The notes: a model not told the origin generated them from the letters alone. 64,000 bases of DNA from a virus (IMGVR_UViG_3300014204_000162:14576-78575); one strand, 5' to 3'; positions 1 through 9,825 are shown, numbered from the stretch's first letter. Made by a program: numbers and translations.

Positions 1-13
1 AAGATAATCTTAA

Positions 14-376
14 TTGGCCAGAGAAAATACAAGAATGGCCGGGGGGGTTGAAATGAAAGAAGTAAATGCGGAGCTATACCAGTTTTTAAAAGACAATGAG
101 ACTGGGCTTTACATGGATCAATACGGCGAAGCAATTGCATATGTGCATATACATTTCTCTGATTTGGATGATTTTACAAAAATTGTCGGAGCAGGTACTT
201 TTGATGATGGAGGTCTTGACATCACAATGTTTAAAACAACAATATGCGTTGAACTAAACGACATCATCGAAGCCGAAGGGCATAACTTGTCAAGCTATAA
301 AGCTTGTTTTAACAAAGACGATTGGGAAGATTGCGAAGAAGCTATTTTGAAATATGAAAAAGAATATGAGGATTAA
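14..376 (+). CDS. hypothetical phage protein
   Basis: 120-aa ORF co-oriented with the early module; no motif recognised. Confidence 0.6.
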   Translation: MARENTRMAGGVEMKEVNAELYQFLKDNETGLYMDQYGEAIAYVHIHFSDLDDFTKIVGAGTFDDGGLDITMFKTTICVELNDIIEAEGHNLSSYKACFNKDDWEDCEEAILKYEKEYED

Positions 377-391
377 TAGGAGGGGGTAGCA

Positions 392-1075
392 ATGAATCAA
401 ACATTATGGAATGAATTTCTAAGCGGTAAAGCAGTTGTAAATTGCAGGACAGAGAATCAAGCAGAGAAACTGTTTAGACAGTTGAGAGAAAAAGGGCTTA
501 AGTGGGCTGATGGGAAATGTTTAGAAAGAACGCATTGGAATTGGGCTAAAGAAGCTACATGTTATGGATTTGATGAAAAAGAATTAAGATATGGAACATG
601 GAAAGGGTTTGAGAAAGAAGACATAAACTTAATAACTTATAAGCAACTAATGGAACCAGAACCAGCAGAAACAACGGGAGCCGACAAGCATTATATGGGA
701 TGGGAGATCCTCAAGATGATCGAGGACGGGAAACTCAAAGAGGGAGATACGATTGTTTGGCATAATGGCATAGACTCATTACAAGGAAAATTCTGCATAA
801 ATTCATTTAAAACAGTTGTTGATGAAGCAGGAGAATTTATTGATATATCATATTTCTGCCATCGTATAAAACAGTCTTATTTTACAGCAGAGCATAAAGA
901 GGTAAAATACCTCACCTTTGACAAGGCAAGGCACAGCGGTAAAAAGTTTAAACTTAAAACATGGGAATGCGACTATAAAAGCCTAAGCGACGTATTAGCA
1001 ACATTATATACGTGTTATTTAGAAGACAAAATAAACAGCCTTTTAGACCAGGAAGTTTGGGAGGTAGAAAAATGA
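392..1075 (+). CDS. hypothetical phage protein
   Basis: 227-aa ORF, RBS aggagggg upstream. Confidence 0.7.
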   Translation: MNQTLWNEFLSGKAVVNCRTENQAEKLFRQLREKGLKWADGKCLERTHWNWAKEATCYGFDEKELRYGTWKGFEKEDINLITYKQLMEPEPAETTGADKHYMGWEILKMIEDGKLKEGDTIVWHNGIDSLQGKFCINSFKTVVDEAGEFIDISYFCHRIKQSYFTAEHKEVKYLTFDKARHSGKKFKLKTWECDYKSLSDVLATLYTCYLEDKINSLLDQEVWEVEK

Positions 1076-1482
1076 ATAAAATAATAATCATTGGCAGGCT
1101 TACACGCGATCCTGAATTACGTTTTGCTGCAGGATCAGGAACAGCGGTTGTAAGCTTTACGGTTGCAGTAGATAGACAGTTCAAGAATAAAGATGGGCAG
1201 AAGGAGACAGACTTCATCAATTGCGTCCAGTTTGGCAAAGGAGCAGAGAATACAGCTAACTATACGGCAAAAGGAAGTCTTGTAGGAGTATCAGGCAGGA
1301 TTCAGACGAGAAACTATGAGAACAAAGAGGGGAAAAAAGTATATGTAACTGAAGTTGTTGCAGACGAAGTACAGTTCTTGGACAAGAAAGATAAAGGGGC
1401 AGGAACATCATCACCTGCACCAAATCTTGACAGTGATCCAGATTTCGGGCCGGCAGACATAAGTAATGATATTCCATTTTAA
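1072..1482 (+). CDS. ssb: single-stranded DNA-binding protein
   Basis: MNKIIIIGRLTRDPELRF OB-fold start, C-terminal DIPF tail; ATG 1072 after gggagg RBS. Confidence 0.97.
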   Translation: MNKIIIIGRLTRDPELRFAAGSGTAVVSFTVAVDRQFKNKDGQKETDFINCVQFGKGAENTANYTAKGSLVGVSGRIQTRNYENKEGKKVYVTEVVADEVQFLDKKDKGAGTSSPAPNLDSDPDFGPADISNDIPF

Positions 1483-1629
1483 AAATGATAGGAAGTGATT
1501 AATTGACCAAATTATCAAAGGTTCAATTTCTCTCGATGTACAAGCGTGACAGGGACATAAAAGAGCGAGCAGAGCGCGATATAAACAACTATATATCGGA
1601 TAGAACGGCAATGATTAATAAGAGATGCC

Positions 1630-1869
1630 ATGGTACGACAATTAAGGGTGCTTGGAATAAAAGGAGTTGATAATATGCCGGGTGGACCTCATCTAAACTG
1701 GGAAGATAAACGAATACTCGAAGCAGGCAGAACAGTTATTAACAAACTGTATAATAAAGAACTTAAAAATCAATTCTGCCTTGAAATAGAATTTAAAAAA
1801 TTAACAGGATACAGGCAAAGTTACCAATCGATATTGAAACATATAAAGGAGGGCGGAAAAGTTGGGTAG
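1630..1869 (+). CDS. hypothetical phage protein
   Basis: 79-aa ORF overlapping next gene; true start may be downstream. Confidence 0.5.
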   Translation: MVRQLRVLGIKGVDNMPGGPHLNWEDKRILEAGRTVINKLYNKELKNQFCLEIEFKKLTGYRQSYQSILKHIKEGGKVG

Positions 1870-2626
1870 AATATGGACGAATGAGCAAGATGAATACTTA
1901 AGCAATAATTGGGGTAAGATGTCATTTCAAAATATTGCAAAGAAATTAGAGAAAAGCGTAGTTGCTATTGGAATACATGGGAAAAGAGTATTAAGGCTTG
2001 GCCCAACCAAAGATGCTCAGGGCCGCATAAATGCTAACCAACTTGCAAATATATGCAAAATAGATAGGCATGTTATAACTGATAATTGGATCACAAAACG
2101 TGGATTAAAAGCAACAAAGAAAATAACAAAAAATGAATTCAAATTTTGGCTAATAAATAGTAATGACTTTTGGAAATGGGCTGAAAAAAATAAGGATGCA
2201 ATCAACTTTTCCAAAATAGAACGGGATGAATTAGTTCCAGAACCTCCATGGGTTGAGCTTGAAAGGAAAAGAGATTATAAGGAAATTCCTAAAAAACAGT
2301 TTAAGTTATGGACGTCCGAAGAAGATAGGCAGTTAATAAATTTAATCAGATCCGGAAAAACATATAAACAAATTGCAACAATTATGGATAGAACATCTTT
2401 TAGTTGCGAACATAGATATTCCAGATTGGTTAAAAGGCAAAAAGCAAAGTTAAAGAAAATTCAATTGCCTTGGACAAATACGGAAAATAATATGATGCTT
2501 GACATGGAGAAACAGGGATTGAGGGATGAGGAGATAGCTTATAAACTTGGCAGAGAGCCGGACCACATAAGAGATCATCGGCGGAATTTAAGGGATAAGG
2601 GACTATATAAAGGCTATAAATATTAG
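1862..2626 (+). CDS. Myb/SANT-like HTH repeat DNA-binding protein
   Basis: repeated W-T-x-E-(Q/E)-D motifs (IWTNEQDEYL, LWTSEEDRQL, PWTNTENNMM). Confidence 0.7.
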   Translation: MGRIWTNEQDEYLSNNWGKMSFQNIAKKLEKSVVAIGIHGKRVLRLGPTKDAQGRINANQLANICKIDRHVITDNWITKRGLKATKKITKNEFKFWLINSNDFWKWAEKNKDAINFSKIERDELVPEPPWVELERKRDYKEIPKKQFKLWTSEEDRQLINLIRSGKTYKQIATIMDRTSFSCEHRYSRLVKRQKAKLKKIQLPWTNTENNMMLDMEKQGLRDEEIAYKLGREPDHIRDHRRNLRDKGLYKGYKY

Positions 2627-2882
2627 TTTGGGAGTGTTAATGAGTGAGAATAGATGAGCTAACAAATGGCATAGTAACCCTCTATCAAAGTGGAATACCT
2701 GCAAGACAAGCTATAGCAGCAGTAAAAGAAATAGGAAATAATACGGATAAGTTTGTACAACCAGATACCAAAAATTCGCTCAAATTAGTGCCTAGGAACC
2801 CGCTAAAATGTAAAGAGGTATAAATACATGTATCAAAATGGTATATGGCAAAATAAAGCGTTTTAAAAGGGGCAGAAAAATA

Positions 2883-3065
2883 ATGGCAATGCCTAAAGCA
2901 CATATTGATATTGACGTACTTAATAAGATGATGGCGAACTATCAAAGCAATAAATATAAACGAGCTAATAGAAAGAAAGCAGAAGAAGAATATAGAAAGG
3001 CAACTGGATATTTATATTCATACGGAACTTTGTACAGGTATTGGAAAGGAGCGAATATTAAATAA
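2883..3065 (+). CDS. hypothetical phage protein
   Basis: short ORF, start adjusted to ATG 2883. Confidence 0.5.
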   Translation: MAMPKAHIDIDVLNKMMANYQSNKYKRANRKKAEEEYRKATGYLYSYGTLYRYWKGANIK

Positions 3066-3247
3066 TGGCAACAAATGGCCAAAAGGAGTTACTCGAAAAG
3101 TTATATGAAGAATTAGGGCAGGAACCAGAAGACATTGATAATATGACAACCCAAGAAGCTTCAAGAGCAATCAAAGAACTTCTAGAGATAAAAAAGGATA
3201 AGAGGAAGTTTGAAGCACATGAAGATGATTGCTATTACTACAAATAA
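3065..3247 (+). CDS. hypothetical phage protein
   Basis: 60-aa ORF coupled to upstream stop. Confidence 0.6.
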   Translation: MATNGQKELLEKLYEELGQEPEDIDNMTTQEASRAIKELLEIKKDKRKFEAHEDDCYYYK

Positions 3248-3266
3248 AATAAAAGGGGATTAAATC

Positions 3267-3518
3267 ATGGAAAAGAAAATGTTATTAAAAATCACCGATG
3301 AAGAAAGAGAACAGGTACTTGATATTGATGCTAAAATAAAAAGTTGTTCTAAAACAATAGAAGAATTGACAGATATAAGGGCTGACGCATTAAAAGCACA
3401 ATATAAATGGTGGAGAGCAATTGAAGTTAAGCATTCAGATGAAATTATGGATGCTTGTGGAAATTTTAAAAGACTAACCTATAATCCGGCGACATCTGAG
3501 GTTTTTATAGAAGAATGA
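3267..3518 (+). CDS. hypothetical phage protein
   Basis: 83-aa ORF with aagggg RBS. Confidence 0.6.
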   Translation: MEKKMLLKITDEEREQVLDIDAKIKSCSKTIEELTDIRADALKAQYKWWRAIEVKHSDEIMDACGNFKRLTYNPATSEVFIEE

Positions 3519-3530
3519 TAAAAGGGTACT

Positions 3531-3917
3531 GTGGTAAGTATCCACAGTACCCCAGTGAACTCAAAACGTGCGGGAACACGAATCAAAGTTCAACAACAGT
3601 ATACAACGATTACCGATATGAGCGAAAGGAGAATAGATGTGTGCGATTGTTTGAAAGAGCTTGAGGAACGATTGAAAGATAAATTCAGAGAAGAATATAC
3701 AAATGCAGGAATTAAAAATTCTTATTTTGAAAATAGCGCATTAATGCAACGTGGCAAAAAAGATAATAAAGCATTTATGAATTATGAGTTAACATCCTGC
3801 TATCAGATTAAATATACGGTCAAAAGCGCAAAAGGCAAAGAATTAAATAAGAAAAAAGATTATTATGTTTGCTTCAAATACTGTCCCTTTTGTGGAGAAA
3901 AGTTAGAAAAGGAATGA
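3531..3917 (+). CDS. hypothetical Zn-finger phage protein
   Basis: C-terminal FKYCPFCGEKL Zn-ribbon motif; start uncertain. Confidence 0.6.
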   Translation: MVSIHSTPVNSKRAGTRIKVQQQYTTITDMSERRIDVCDCLKELEERLKDKFREEYTNAGIKNSYFENSALMQRGKKDNKAFMNYELTSCYQIKYTVKSAKGKELNKKKDYYVCFKYCPFCGEKLEKE

Positions 3918-3921
3918 TGGA

Positions 3922-4323
3922 ATGTACATGACCGAGGAACAATATCGAGAATACTTAAAGCGCAGGGGAATAAAAATTGCAGATGAAAAGTCTAAGAAAA
4001 AGCCTAAATATAACAACAAACATACATGGGTAGATGGGGTATGTTTCGATAGTAAAAAAGAGGCTGATTATTACGGAACTTTGAAATTATTACAGAAGGC
4101 AGGAGCCATAAAAGGCTTCTGCCGACAATGCGAATTTATATTAAGTGAAGGCAATGAGTCAACAAATGCAATTAAATATATTGCCGACTTTATAGTTTTT
4201 AAAAGTGATGGAACCTTTGATATTGTTGATACAAAAGGCATCGAAACAGATGTATTTAAACTTAAACATAAGATGTTCAAAACAAAATATCCAGAGTTGA
4301 AATTAAAAATTGTAAAGGAGTAA
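3922..4323 (+). CDS. DUF1064-family PD-(D/E)XK endonuclease-like protein
   Basis: KYNNKHTWVDGVCFDSKKEADYY...YIADF...DTKG signature. Confidence 0.85.
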   Translation: MYMTEEQYREYLKRRGIKIADEKSKKKPKYNNKHTWVDGVCFDSKKEADYYGTLKLLQKAGAIKGFCRQCEFILSEGNESTNAIKYIADFIVFKSDGTFDIVDTKGIETDVFKLKHKMFKTKYPELKLKIVKE

Positions 4324-4327
4324 ATCT

Positions 4328-4810
4328 ATGAAATCTTATTTAAATAAAGCAGAGCGAGAGAATTACTGTGTTATGGCATTATCTGCAGGAGTAGCAGACG
4401 AAATATTAAAAAACTGGACTAATAACCTCACAGCGGACGAACATAAATTTTTAAAAATGGCACAAACATATATCTATAAGTTTATGGACTCAATAAAAGC
4501 CAGAGTCGACAAAGATTTTGTACGGCAACTTTTAAGAGATGGCCATAGCAGCGAGATACTTGTCCTGCCAAAACTCAGGGCACAAAGGGAGTTTAAAGAG
4601 CGGAAACTTGATGATGGTTTTATACAAGTAAACAAAGATACAATCCTTAACCTTGCTGAACATGCCTTGATAGGGTGTGAAGGCTGCACAAAAGATTATA
4701 CAAAATGTGACCTTAGACAAGCCTATATGGAACTTGAAATAGAAGCATTTAACCCTGATGCAAAGGACAAGTGCCAGTACAAAGTTGAAATTGAGAAGAA
4801 AGCAGTGTGA
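4328..4810 (+). CDS. conserved hypothetical phage protein with C-terminal Cys cluster
   Basis: 160 aa; C-terminal CEGC...C...C. Confidence 0.6.
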   Translation: MKSYLNKAERENYCVMALSAGVADEILKNWTNNLTADEHKFLKMAQTYIYKFMDSIKARVDKDFVRQLLRDGHSSEILVLPKLRAQREFKERKLDDGFIQVNKDTILNLAEHALIGCEGCTKDYTKCDLRQAYMELEIEAFNPDAKDKCQYKVEIEKKAV

Positions 4811-5004
4811 TGGATTTTGAAGAATTTTACAAGGTATACGGTAAGGGCTTTGATGATGCAGTTTTGGGAAAAGTTAGAGACATTCCAGATACGCAAGAAA
4901 AGATATACAGCATGGGATATAACGATGGGCTAATTAATCTAAAAATTCATCCCAATACTATAAAACTTATGTACGATTTTTCAATTAGAAAAAAGAGAGG
5001 TTAA
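4807..5004 (+). CDS. hypothetical protein
   Basis: 65-aa ORF overlapping upstream stop. Confidence 0.5.
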   Translation: MMDFEEFYKVYGKGFDDAVLGKVRDIPDTQEKIYSMGYNDGLINLKIHPNTIKLMYDFSIRKKRG

Positions 5005-5147
5005 ACAATGAAAAATAAAAATAAGGATAATCACTGCAAAGAGTGTATGAGTAATAAAGTTAACGGCGGTACCTGTAATGGGATGCCGCTGCAGTATCCA
5101 AGCTGTGGAGGGCTCAAAATAAAGAAATAAGACATAGTCTGTTTATT

Positions 5148-6782
5148 ATGCGGCATAAAAGGAAGGTGAAGAATCTGGAATATAAATATAAAGTCTTATA
5201 TCTCTTCTGCGGTATTGGTGGAGGAGCGTTAGGATTTCAACAGGCTAAAGAGGAATATAAGGGTATACATGGACAATTTGAGACAATATGCGGAATAGAT
5301 TGTGATCCAGAGGCATGTAAGGATTTTGAGAGTATTACGGGTTCAAGAGCAGTACGAATGGATCTGTTTGATAGACAGCAATACAAAGCCTACCATGGAG
5401 AAGAACCTCCTGCAGATTGGCATGAAGTTACACATCTGGACATAAGAGAAGCTTGCAAAGGAATTGCTCCAGATGTGATATTTACATCACCACCCTGTAA
5501 GGGATTCAGTGGTTTACTGTCGGAGAAAAATGCAAAGAGTGAAAAGTATCAAGCATTAAATCAGTTGGTTATTAGAGGTTTATTCCTCACTTTGGAGGCT
5601 TTTAGGGATGATCTACCAGCATTGATATTGATGGAGAATGTACCGAGGATAAAGACACGTGGGAAGGCTTTATTATACCAGGTTAAGACAATGCTTATGA
5701 GTTATGGATATCAATTTTCAGAAGGATTCCATGATTGTGGAAAAATCGGGGGCCTTGCGCAACATAGAAAAAGGTATTTATTGATATGCAGAAATCCAAA
5801 GAAGATTCCAGGGTTTATGTATCAACCACCAATACAGAAAGTGAAAGCAATAGGTGAAATTTTAGGACTGTTACCAATGCCAGATGATGAGAAGGCAGGC
5901 CCTATGCATCGGCTTCCAAAACTCCAATGGAAAACATGGATAAGACTAGCCCTCATTCCAGCGGGTGGAGATTGGCGGGATTTAGAAAAAGAATGTTATG
6001 CAAATATATATCAAGTGGCAAGCTTCAATAAGCCAAGTGCTGCAGTAACCGGAGCAATAAGGCCTAATAATGGTGCAATATCAATAGCAGATCCAAGATT
6101 AGATAAAGTACAAGGATACGCTAATAAATTTAAGGTAGTCAAATGGAATGAGCCATCCGATACGATTACCGGAAGTAGAATAGGTTCAGGGGCTTCTATG
6201 TTAGCTGATCCAAGACTTAATGAAAGAAAGAAAAGGTATCCAGGACTATATAAAATCATTCCATGGAATGATACTTCCAGTACAATAATCGGGCAAACAG
6301 ATTTACAATGTGGAGCATTAAGTGTTGCAGATCCAAGATTAAATTGTAAACCTAGAAATGGCACATTAGGTGTAATGAATTGGAATCAACCGGGTAAAAC
6401 GGTAGTAGGTAATGCGGATATTGGAAAGGGATGTGCAGCTGTTGCAGACCCGAGAATACCCAAAGAAAGTGAAAGCGGCGTGTTTATAATCGAAGCGCTT
6501 GATGGCACCTGGCATAGACCATTGACTACTTTGGAGCTTGCAGTTCTCCAGGGGTTCCCGACAAAGTTTTCTGACGGTAATCCGTTAAAGTTTGCCGGTA
6601 ATTCAGATGCACACTGGAGGGAACGGATAGGAAATGCAGTACCGGTTGCTGCAGCACAGGCCATAGCAGAGACAATATTGAGGGCAATGCTTCCGGTATT
6701 AAAGCAAGAAATAGTCTTAGGATGGACACCAATATGGGTACAACCAACAAGCTTAAAAATAATTAAAGAGATTGTAAGTTAG
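5148..6782 (+). CDS. C5 DNA cytosine methyltransferase with repeated variable-region modules
   Basis: motif I LFCGIGG, motif IV SPPCKGFS, motif VI MENV, motif VIII AQHRKR, C-terminal RPLTTLELAVLQGFP and IGNAVP. Confidence 0.93.
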   Translation: MRHKRKVKNLEYKYKVLYLFCGIGGGALGFQQAKEEYKGIHGQFETICGIDCDPEACKDFESITGSRAVRMDLFDRQQYKAYHGEEPPADWHEVTHLDIREACKGIAPDVIFTSPPCKGFSGLLSEKNAKSEKYQALNQLVIRGLFLTLEAFRDDLPALILMENVPRIKTRGKALLYQVKTMLMSYGYQFSEGFHDCGKIGGLAQHRKRYLLICRNPKKIPGFMYQPPIQKVKAIGEILGLLPMPDDEKAGPMHRLPKLQWKTWIRLALIPAGGDWRDLEKECYANIYQVASFNKPSAAVTGAIRPNNGAISIADPRLDKVQGYANKFKVVKWNEPSDTITGSRIGSGASMLADPRLNERKKRYPGLYKIIPWNDTSSTIIGQTDLQCGALSVADPRLNCKPRNGTLGVMNWNQPGKTVVGNADIGKGCAAVADPRIPKESESGVFIIEALDGTWHRPLTTLELAVLQGFPTKFSDGNPLKFAGNSDAHWRERIGNAVPVAAAQAIAETILRAMLPVLKQEIVLGWTPIWVQPTSLKIIKEIVS

Positions 6783-6834
6783 GTTACTGTAAAAAATGCG
6801 TCTTTACAATGTATTTACAAAGTAAATAAAGAGG

Positions 6835-7056
6835 GTGAAGAAAATAGCTAAAATACTAAAGAATTATAGATTTTCAGAGGATACCGTTAAACAGCTTGAG
6901 GAGCTGCAGGTCGAGAGCGGAAAGACGGCCACAGAGTTGGTTGAAGCAGCAGTAAATTATGTTTATGAGGAAATGACCAGGGCACTATCCGGGAGGGATC
7001 ATGACCGGCTGTTAATAGCCCAGGTACTCGGGAAAAGAATTGATAAGGTGAGTTGA
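6835..7056 (+). CDS. ribbon-helix-helix DNA-binding protein
   Basis: KNYRFSEDTVKQLEELQVESGKTATELVEAAV RHH pattern. Confidence 0.65.
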   Translation: MKKIAKILKNYRFSEDTVKQLEELQVESGKTATELVEAAVNYVYEEMTRALSGRDHDRLLIAQVLGKRIDKVS

Positions 7057-7068
7057 AAGGAGATAAAT

Positions 7069-7530
7069 ATGGTTCATGAATTAAAGACACTTCCAAAGTT
7101 TTTTAAAGAGGTTGTGGAAGGTAGGAAGCCTTTTGAAGTTAGAAAAGATGATAGAGATTATCAAGTTGGTGATTTACTTAAGCTTAATGAATTTGATCCT
7201 GAGAAACAGAAATATACAGGATGCTATGCATGGCAACAAATTGTTTATATTCTTGGCAGGAATGAAGATGAAAAAATATTTGTGCCAGATGGATATGTGA
7301 TATTGAGCTTAAAAGAGGGAACACCAGCAGATGCATCCAAATTCCCGAGGTCAGAAATAAAAGATATGCTCTATTACAGAGGGAAAATAAATAAACTTTT
7401 GGATAATGCAAAAAAGAACGGAATTCAACTCGCTATAAGAAATGTTCCTGGTGATGGAATAGGAATCTATTTTGAAGACGTAATTTCAAAGGAAAGCTGT
7501 AAAATACGAAACGAAGCGATAAAACTGTAA
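7069..7530 (+). CDS. DUF3850/ASCH-like protein
   Basis: HELKTLPKFFKEVVEGRKPFEVRKDDRDYQVGD signature. Confidence 0.85.
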   Translation: MVHELKTLPKFFKEVVEGRKPFEVRKDDRDYQVGDLLKLNEFDPEKQKYTGCYAWQQIVYILGRNEDEKIFVPDGYVILSLKEGTPADASKFPRSEIKDMLYYRGKINKLLDNAKKNGIQLAIRNVPGDGIGIYFEDVISKESCKIRNEAIKL

Positions 7531-7817
7531 AGACAATATCTTAAAAGAAATTCTGTAAATTATGCAAAGGAAGGAGGAGCCTCTATGGACCCTAAAAAAA
7601 TTCAAAAGTATATAGATGTTTTAGATTGTATTCTTGCTGAGGATGTAACTGCCTGTAGTGATTGCCCTGGTAGAGATAAATGCGCTTTGGGGCACAATGA
7701 TCTTTGCAAACATTTTACTTTAATAGATTTGCAAAATGATCTTAAAACGATGCAGGGCTAGGACGTAATACAAAGTTTATGTGAATTAGGACAAGTTTAA
7801 GAGAGGAGGGGGGAGAA

Positions 7818-8081
7818 ATGGGAAGTTATAAAGATAATGTATATGCTCTGCTCTATGCCATATTTAGCAATGATGCGGAAGAAGTTGCAGTTGATGTAGC
7901 ACTTTTATACTTTCATTTGTTACCCTCAGCCTCCTATAAAATAAGAAAATTTACACAGGAAGAACTAAACGACATGCAACAATTGTATAAAGAAAGACAT
8001 ATGAAGCTCAGATATATAGCAGAAAAATATAATGTATCTACGATGTGTATATGGCGAAAATTGGAGAAGGGCAGGAGTTAG
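7818..8081 (+). CDS. HTH domain protein
   Basis: C-terminal LRYIAEKYNVSTMCIWRKL HTH. Confidence 0.6.
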   Translation: MGSYKDNVYALLYAIFSNDAEEVAVDVALLYFHLLPSASYKIRKFTQEELNDMQQLYKERHMKLRYIAEKYNVSTMCIWRKLEKGRS

Positions 8082-8242
8082 ATTGAGAAAAATTGCGTTT
8101 TGTGAATATCATGAATATTATATTACCTACAGAAAACGCTTAAATGAATGCAAAAGAAGGCGCTGTAAATGGCTCAGATTGTGTGTGCAAAAATAAAACA
8201 TAGTCTGTTTATAATGCGTAACTAACAAGGAGGTGATATAAC

Positions 8243-9160
8243 TTGAAATTCGTTGATATGTTTTGTGGAATAGGCACTATAAGAATGGGTATGGAGCAGG
8301 CAGGTCATGAGTGTGTCTACTCAATAGAATGGGATAAACACAAAAGGGGGATTTACAATGCTATCTTTGGAAAATATCCAGAAGGACAAGATATTCGGGC
8401 AGTACGAGCAAGTGACATTTCTCAATCAGATTGTTGGACATTTGGCGCACCCTGCCAAGACTTCAGTATTGCAGGAACAAGAGCAGGACTTGAGGGAGAC
8501 AAAAGCTCCCTTGTCAGAGAAGTATTTAGACTTGTCAGGGAGACTGAAGAAGAATATAGACCCAAATACCTGCTCTATGAAAATGTTAAAGGAATGCTAT
8601 CTTCAAATAAAGGATTTGACTACCTCGAAATACTGCTTGAAATGGACTCACTCGGGTACGATATCGAATGGCAATTGCTTAACTCAAAAAACTACGGAGT
8701 ACCTCAAAATAGAGAAAGAATGTTCACTATCGGACATCTTAGAGGAACAAGTACCAGAAAAATATTTCCTATCGTCTCCACAGTGGGTTGCGAGAATCCA
8801 GGCGTCTCTATTACGGCACGTGGATATGGGAGCCAAAGGAATGGGACTTATGTTGTTGAAAACCCCATAAACCTGAGGTTATTAATACCTGGCGCAGATG
8901 CTCAAAGGGTATATGATGGCAGGATGCTTGGTAGAACATTAAAAGGTGAAAGTGGTGGTCAAGGCGGCAAGATGGGGCTTTATCTTATAGATGACAGGAT
9001 AAGGCAGCTTACACCAAGGGAAACGTGGAGGATGCAAGGTATACCCGATTGTATAACAGATAAAGTTTTACAAGCTGGCATAAGTGACAATCAATTATAT
9101 AGGGGTGCAGGTGATGCTTGCACAGTTAACGTAATATATGAGATTGCAAAGCGACTTTAG
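8243..9160 (+). CDS. C5 DNA cytosine methyltransferase
   Basis: DMFCGIG, GAPCQDFS, YENVKG, GVPQNRER, RQLTPRETWRMQGIPD, GDACTVNV; TTG start after aggagg. Confidence 0.95.
   Translation: MKFVDMFCGIGTIRMGMEQAGHECVYSIEWDKHKRGIYNAIFGKYPEGQDIRAVRASDISQSDCWTFGAPCQDFSIAGTRAGLEGDKSSLVREVFRLVRETEEEYRPKYLLYENVKGMLSSNKGFDYLEILLEMDSLGYDIEWQLLNSKNYGVPQNRERMFTIGHLRGTSTRKIFPIVSTVGCENPGVSITARGYGSQRNGTYVVENPINLRLLIPGADAQRVYDGRMLGRTLKGESGGQGGKMGLYLIDDRIRQLTPRETWRMQGIPDCITDKVLQAGISDNQLYRGAGDACTVNVIYEIAKRL
8358..8870 (+). CDS. overprinted +1-frame ORF within the methyltransferase (possible beta-type subunit)
   Basis: 170-aa ORF, own RBS aaggggg 7 nt before ATG; contains SLSDILEEQVPEKYFLS motif typical of C5-MTase-associated sequences. 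Confidence 0.6.
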   Translation: MLSLENIQKDKIFGQYEQVTFLNQIVGHLAHPAKTSVLQEQEQDLRETKAPLSEKYLDLSGRLKKNIDPNTCSMKMLKECYLQIKDLTTSKYCLKWTHSGTISNGNCLTQKTTEYLKIEKECSLSDILEEQVPEKYFLSSPQWVARIQASLLRHVDMGAKGMGLMLLKTP

Positions 9161-9316
9161 GTCGCAATTCAAAGTTATTGTGGCGTAAAAACAACTAATT
9201 TTGTTACTGGCATGGATATAAAATACAACTGCATTAGGTTTAACGGGCGATATATTTGTACAATCTATGCTGTCTGGAGCATTGGCCCGGTGCTCTGGAC
9301 AATAAGGAGGGCAATA

Positions 9317-9610
9317 ATGAAACAGCATGTAACGCCAACACAGATGCAAGAAATTACAGAAGAACAATTATATAGTTTGTTTGATGAGATAGTAAAAAGA
9401 AAAGATTGGGCCAATTATCATCACAAGAAAATGACTATAGGCAAGATGATAGAGATATTGCATAAAAGATCGTGCGATATACGAATAGAGAGCGCTGGTC
9501 AAGTTTGGTATATAGATAACAATATACCTAATGCGAATGAACATGGATATACCGAACTATGCGACGTCTTATGGCAAGCGGTAAAACAAATACTGGAGGA
9601 TGATAAATAA
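9317..9610 (+). CDS. hypothetical phage protein
   Basis: ATG 9317 after aaggagg. Confidence 0.65.
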   Translation: MKQHVTPTQMQEITEEQLYSLFDEIVKRKDWANYHHKKMTIGKMIEILHKRSCDIRIESAGQVWYIDNNIPNANEHGYTELCDVLWQAVKQILEDDK

Positions 9611-9825
9611 TGGCTAACTTGAAGGTTAAGGTTGATTTACTAAATTTAGATAATGTTAAAAAGGCTTACGAAATAGCAAACAATGCTATCTACTTCAACG
9701 ATAGAAGCGATTATAAAACTGCTTTATGGGAAGTTTGCAAAAGCTTATGTCCTAATATTGAAGATGAAGAAATAGGTAAAGAGTATATTGATTTAGGCAA
9801 TAGAACACAGGAGGAAACAAAATGA
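9610..9825 (+). CDS. hypothetical phage protein
   Basis: 71-aa coupled ORF. Confidence 0.6.
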   Translation: MANLKVKVDLLNLDNVKKAYEIANNAIYFNDRSDYKTALWEVCKSLCPNIEDEEIGKEYIDLGNRTQEETK

